Part shown: positions 61,101-64,000 of the stretch, piece after piece
Numbering within the stretch: position 1 is the first letter of the stretch
How the letters are laid out: each line of letters opens with the position of its first letter
NCBI RefSeq assembly: GCF_018977255.1
Contig: NW_024704763.1
Location: forward strand, 2,914,001 to 2,978,000
DNA: 64,000 bases
DNA from: Callorhinchus milii
Taxonomy: Eukaryota
Reading direction: 5' to 3'
Position numbers and translations under genes: made by a program
The notes under the pieces: model-generated
Told to the model about the DNA's origin: nothing
The model's database searches: none
What the model saw: only the letters and a program-made list of their open reading frames with translations

Positions 61101-62469
61101 GGGATTTTGGTTAAAAAGGCAGAGTTTTATTTAGCACCGATTTCCAAAGCAATGCGTATCACTGAATCGAGGTCAATCTTAACGCGCAGAATTTAGCCCA
61201 TTTATGGACACGTTAACTGATACGCAGTGGTTACTATATATACATATATATGATGATACAGGAAAAACAATGGGCTTGGAGTACAAGTTTTAAAAAAAAA
61301 TGGAAAGATACACAAACTACCATTTTAAAAAAAAGCCAATCTAGTGAAGGGAAAGGGCATATTAAACTTACACCGCACATTATATGAATATTATTATATA
61401 TATATGGTATATCCTACTCGTTTACCTTTAAGAACGATTGAAAACTGCCCTTTGGATTAAATTGACCCTTATGACGCTCATAAGGGTCATTTCCTTTGCA
61501 AATTATATTGTGAAACTTCATCTATCATTTTGTCATTTGGTTATAAAAGCAAGACGTGCTGGCATTTTAAAGAAAATGAAACTGACTGCTTTTCTTCGTA
61601 TAAATCACTTGCAGCGTGTGTATAAATATCCTCAAATCAATCATAGGGTTCTCTGTCTGGGCACTCCACTGTGCAATACGAACATGTAGCTTCCTGTGTA
61701 AGTCAGGCAAAGACAGACAGACAGACACCCAGGTGTCTATGGCTTAGACCAGAGAACACGTCTTCATGGGAACTCTGTCCTTGGGCCAGTCACTGATCAC
61801 ACACGTTCAGATCAAGGTCACGGAACCAATTAAGCAAACATCAACTGAGCTATAAAACTGTCCTCTTACCTTTATTGAAGAATGGGATGCAGTATTTGGG
61901 TCATGATGTATGCTGAGTGTAGTATGCTTGGGATAGACAGACAACTTTGGACGTTGAGACATCTCAAAGCTCTTCACACAATATACTGTGAAGTGAATTG
62001 ACTGTGTATTTTAGGGGGTGAAATGCGGCCACAGCGATGTCCCACAAACAGTCATGGATTGAGTGACCAAATTACATAGGAGGCGCTACATCATATGTAA
62101 GGATTATTATATTAACTAATCAAAGTTAGGAAGGTTCAAAGGCAAAAAAGAAAATTATTTCTCGACTGGAATCGCTTTGGTCACAGGAATCAGCTGCCTG
62201 CGTGGTGAACACATTCCTGAAAACGTGCGTCTCAAAGGTACAAGTCTGTCTTGTTACAGTACAAGCAGATGTGCCTGCAGCAATGTAACAGGCATATTTT
62301 ACAGAAATCTGTTTTTTATCTGGATAAACATGAGAACAAAGGCTCTCACCCCAGCCCACATCAGAAACTACGAGGACTGCATTGAGCAACAAACACAAAA
62401 GTACAAGATATGAGAGAGAAAGAGAGAGAGAGTAGCCAGAGGTAAAGGGAGGGTTTCTACTAAAAACAA

Positions 62470-62800
62470 AATAATCCTCACGTTTGATATACCACCTTTC
62501 ACATTGGGAGAAAAAGCGTATCAAAGCACTTTAAAGGAGACACTGTAAAAGTGCAGTTATTTTGTATCTGTAAGCTGACCTGGCACCCGATTTACTCACA
62601 GCCATGTCCCGCAAAAAGAGTGACTAATTTTAATCGGGGGATTGTTGGCCAAGGAAACCCTTTCTCTTTTTGAATAAAGCCATGGGATCTTTAACGTGCA
62701 CCTGAACAGGCACAGACAGTATTTTGATTTAATGTTTCATCCTAAGGACGGCATCTCTGACAATGCAAAACCCACCCAGCACTGCACTGGAGTGTCTGAT
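62470..62800 (-). mobile_element. Deu-type SINE
   Basis: GCCATGGGATCTTTAACGTGCACCTGAACAGG...TTTCATCCTAAGGACGGCATCTCTGACAATGCA. Confidence 0.7.
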
Positions 62801-63181
62801 GCACAAATAGCCGCAAGAAACCACTGCTCTGTGCTACCCAATCCTTTTCAGTTTCCACTCTTTTCTGCTCCCATTGAGTCTGTGTGCGTGTGCATGTGTC
62901 TGTATCGTCCCGACGTGAAAGGTGCTGTACAAATGTAATTTTGTATTGTATGTTCACCACTCCTCTGAACCCATTCTGAGAGTAATACTTTTACCCAAAA
63001 AATCTCTGTCCTCTAATACTACAAGGACACACGGAGCCTTTTTGTCCACTTCAATGTAAAATCACAGGTGTCTTATGTTCACAGCCAAGTCAAAATTCTT
63101 CAGTAGGGTTGTCACTTGCGGAAGATACAACCGTGCATTAGAGACACCACGCGAAGTCATCATAGAGTGTCTACGTGTTAA

Positions 63182-63340
63182 TTACTCAGCAATGGTTCTC
63201 TTGCTGGAAAATAAACTGCAATAGAAATCCAGGTGCCCATCAGTCAAAGTGGGTTTAAAACTCTCAAGAGAGGTTAGGAAGTGTCTGCGGTTGACAGCAG
63301 TAGCTTGTAGTTCACTCTCCTGGAGAGCCAGCAAGGCAGC
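63182..63340 (-). CDS. AFG2B: Last coding exon of AAA ATPase AFG2B/SPATA5L1 (gene continues beyond the window)
   Basis: Acceptor TTCTTCACAG, then [44 protein letters not shown]...*, resembling human [33 protein letters not shown]. Expected position upstream of C15orf48. Candidate AATAAA at 61871-61876. Confidence 0.9.
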   Translation of the reverse strand, partial: [52 protein letters not shown]

Positions 63341-64000
63341 CTGTGAAGAACAAAAAGGAGTGTCACAAAAGGCAAAGACCAATGAAGTAATTTTAGCCCT
63401 AAATGTTCAGCTGGAATCCAGGCCAACACTCCAGCTCAGTCAGTGCCAGGGAAGCGGGTGGGTGGAGGGGGAACACTGCATTGTCGGAGATGCTTAAATT
63501 GAGAATCCATGACTGTCCAGCGCCTTGGGACGTCCTCCTGACTTGAAACGCGCTATACAAATGTAATTTTGTTGTTGTTGTTGTTGTCATCCTGCCTGCT
63601 GAAGATTGTGTGACATCATTTGAAAAGAGAGGTATTGTCTCCCGATGTCCTGGCCAACACACTCTGCCCTTTGAGTCGTCTAGAAGACGTGAAAAGCGCT
63701 ATATCAAACGCAAGGATTATTATTATTTATTATTACTCTCCAGATTTAAACCATTGAAATGAAACCCAATCCTTTCATGACTGTTATTGGGATCAGATTT
63801 TTGGCAAATTCGCTGCCGCTTGTACAAATAGACGTTCGCTGCTCTTGGCAGAAAATACCAACGCAGCAATTTAAGAAGTTATGGGAAACATTTCAAAAGC
63901 AAGCATTATTAATTATTATTATTGGCTGGTTACAGACTGGGAGCCGCTGCTCTGTGTAAGCAAATGTGCCTGGAGAGAAACAAACATGAAGAATGCAACA

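Overview
Vertebrate genomic DNA, very likely a cartilaginous fish (probably a chimaera or elephant shark, inferred from the repeat families: tRNA-headed and Deu-type SINEs, L2 and CR1 LINE remnants). Exons were reconstructed by hand from splice signals and phases, and matched to remembered vertebrate proteins. The window holds the block found on human 15q21: SQOR(-), BLOC1S6(-), SLC30A4(+), C15orf48/NMES1(-) with mir-147b in its 3' UTR, and the last exon of AFG2B/SPATA5L1(-). It also holds an intact NMRK2/MIBP-like gene (+), tail-to-tail with SQOR, where the human locus has no NMRK gene. The main points to follow up are: (1) this NMRK copy may be a separate ohnolog with a muscle-type promoter; (2) a 1-nt frameshift with premature stop in SLC30A4, either a sequencing error or a real null allele; (3) a 15-bp array of sense-strand AATAAA+ACTAAT motifs in a C15orf48 intron, upstream of mir-147b; (4) a HIF inverted-repeat/C/EBP composite above the C15orf48 TATA box; (5) a 1.35-kb 8-mer-coded minisatellite between the divergent BLOC1S6 and SLC30A4 genes. 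No CRISPR, rRNA or genuine tRNA genes were found. No database searches were run.
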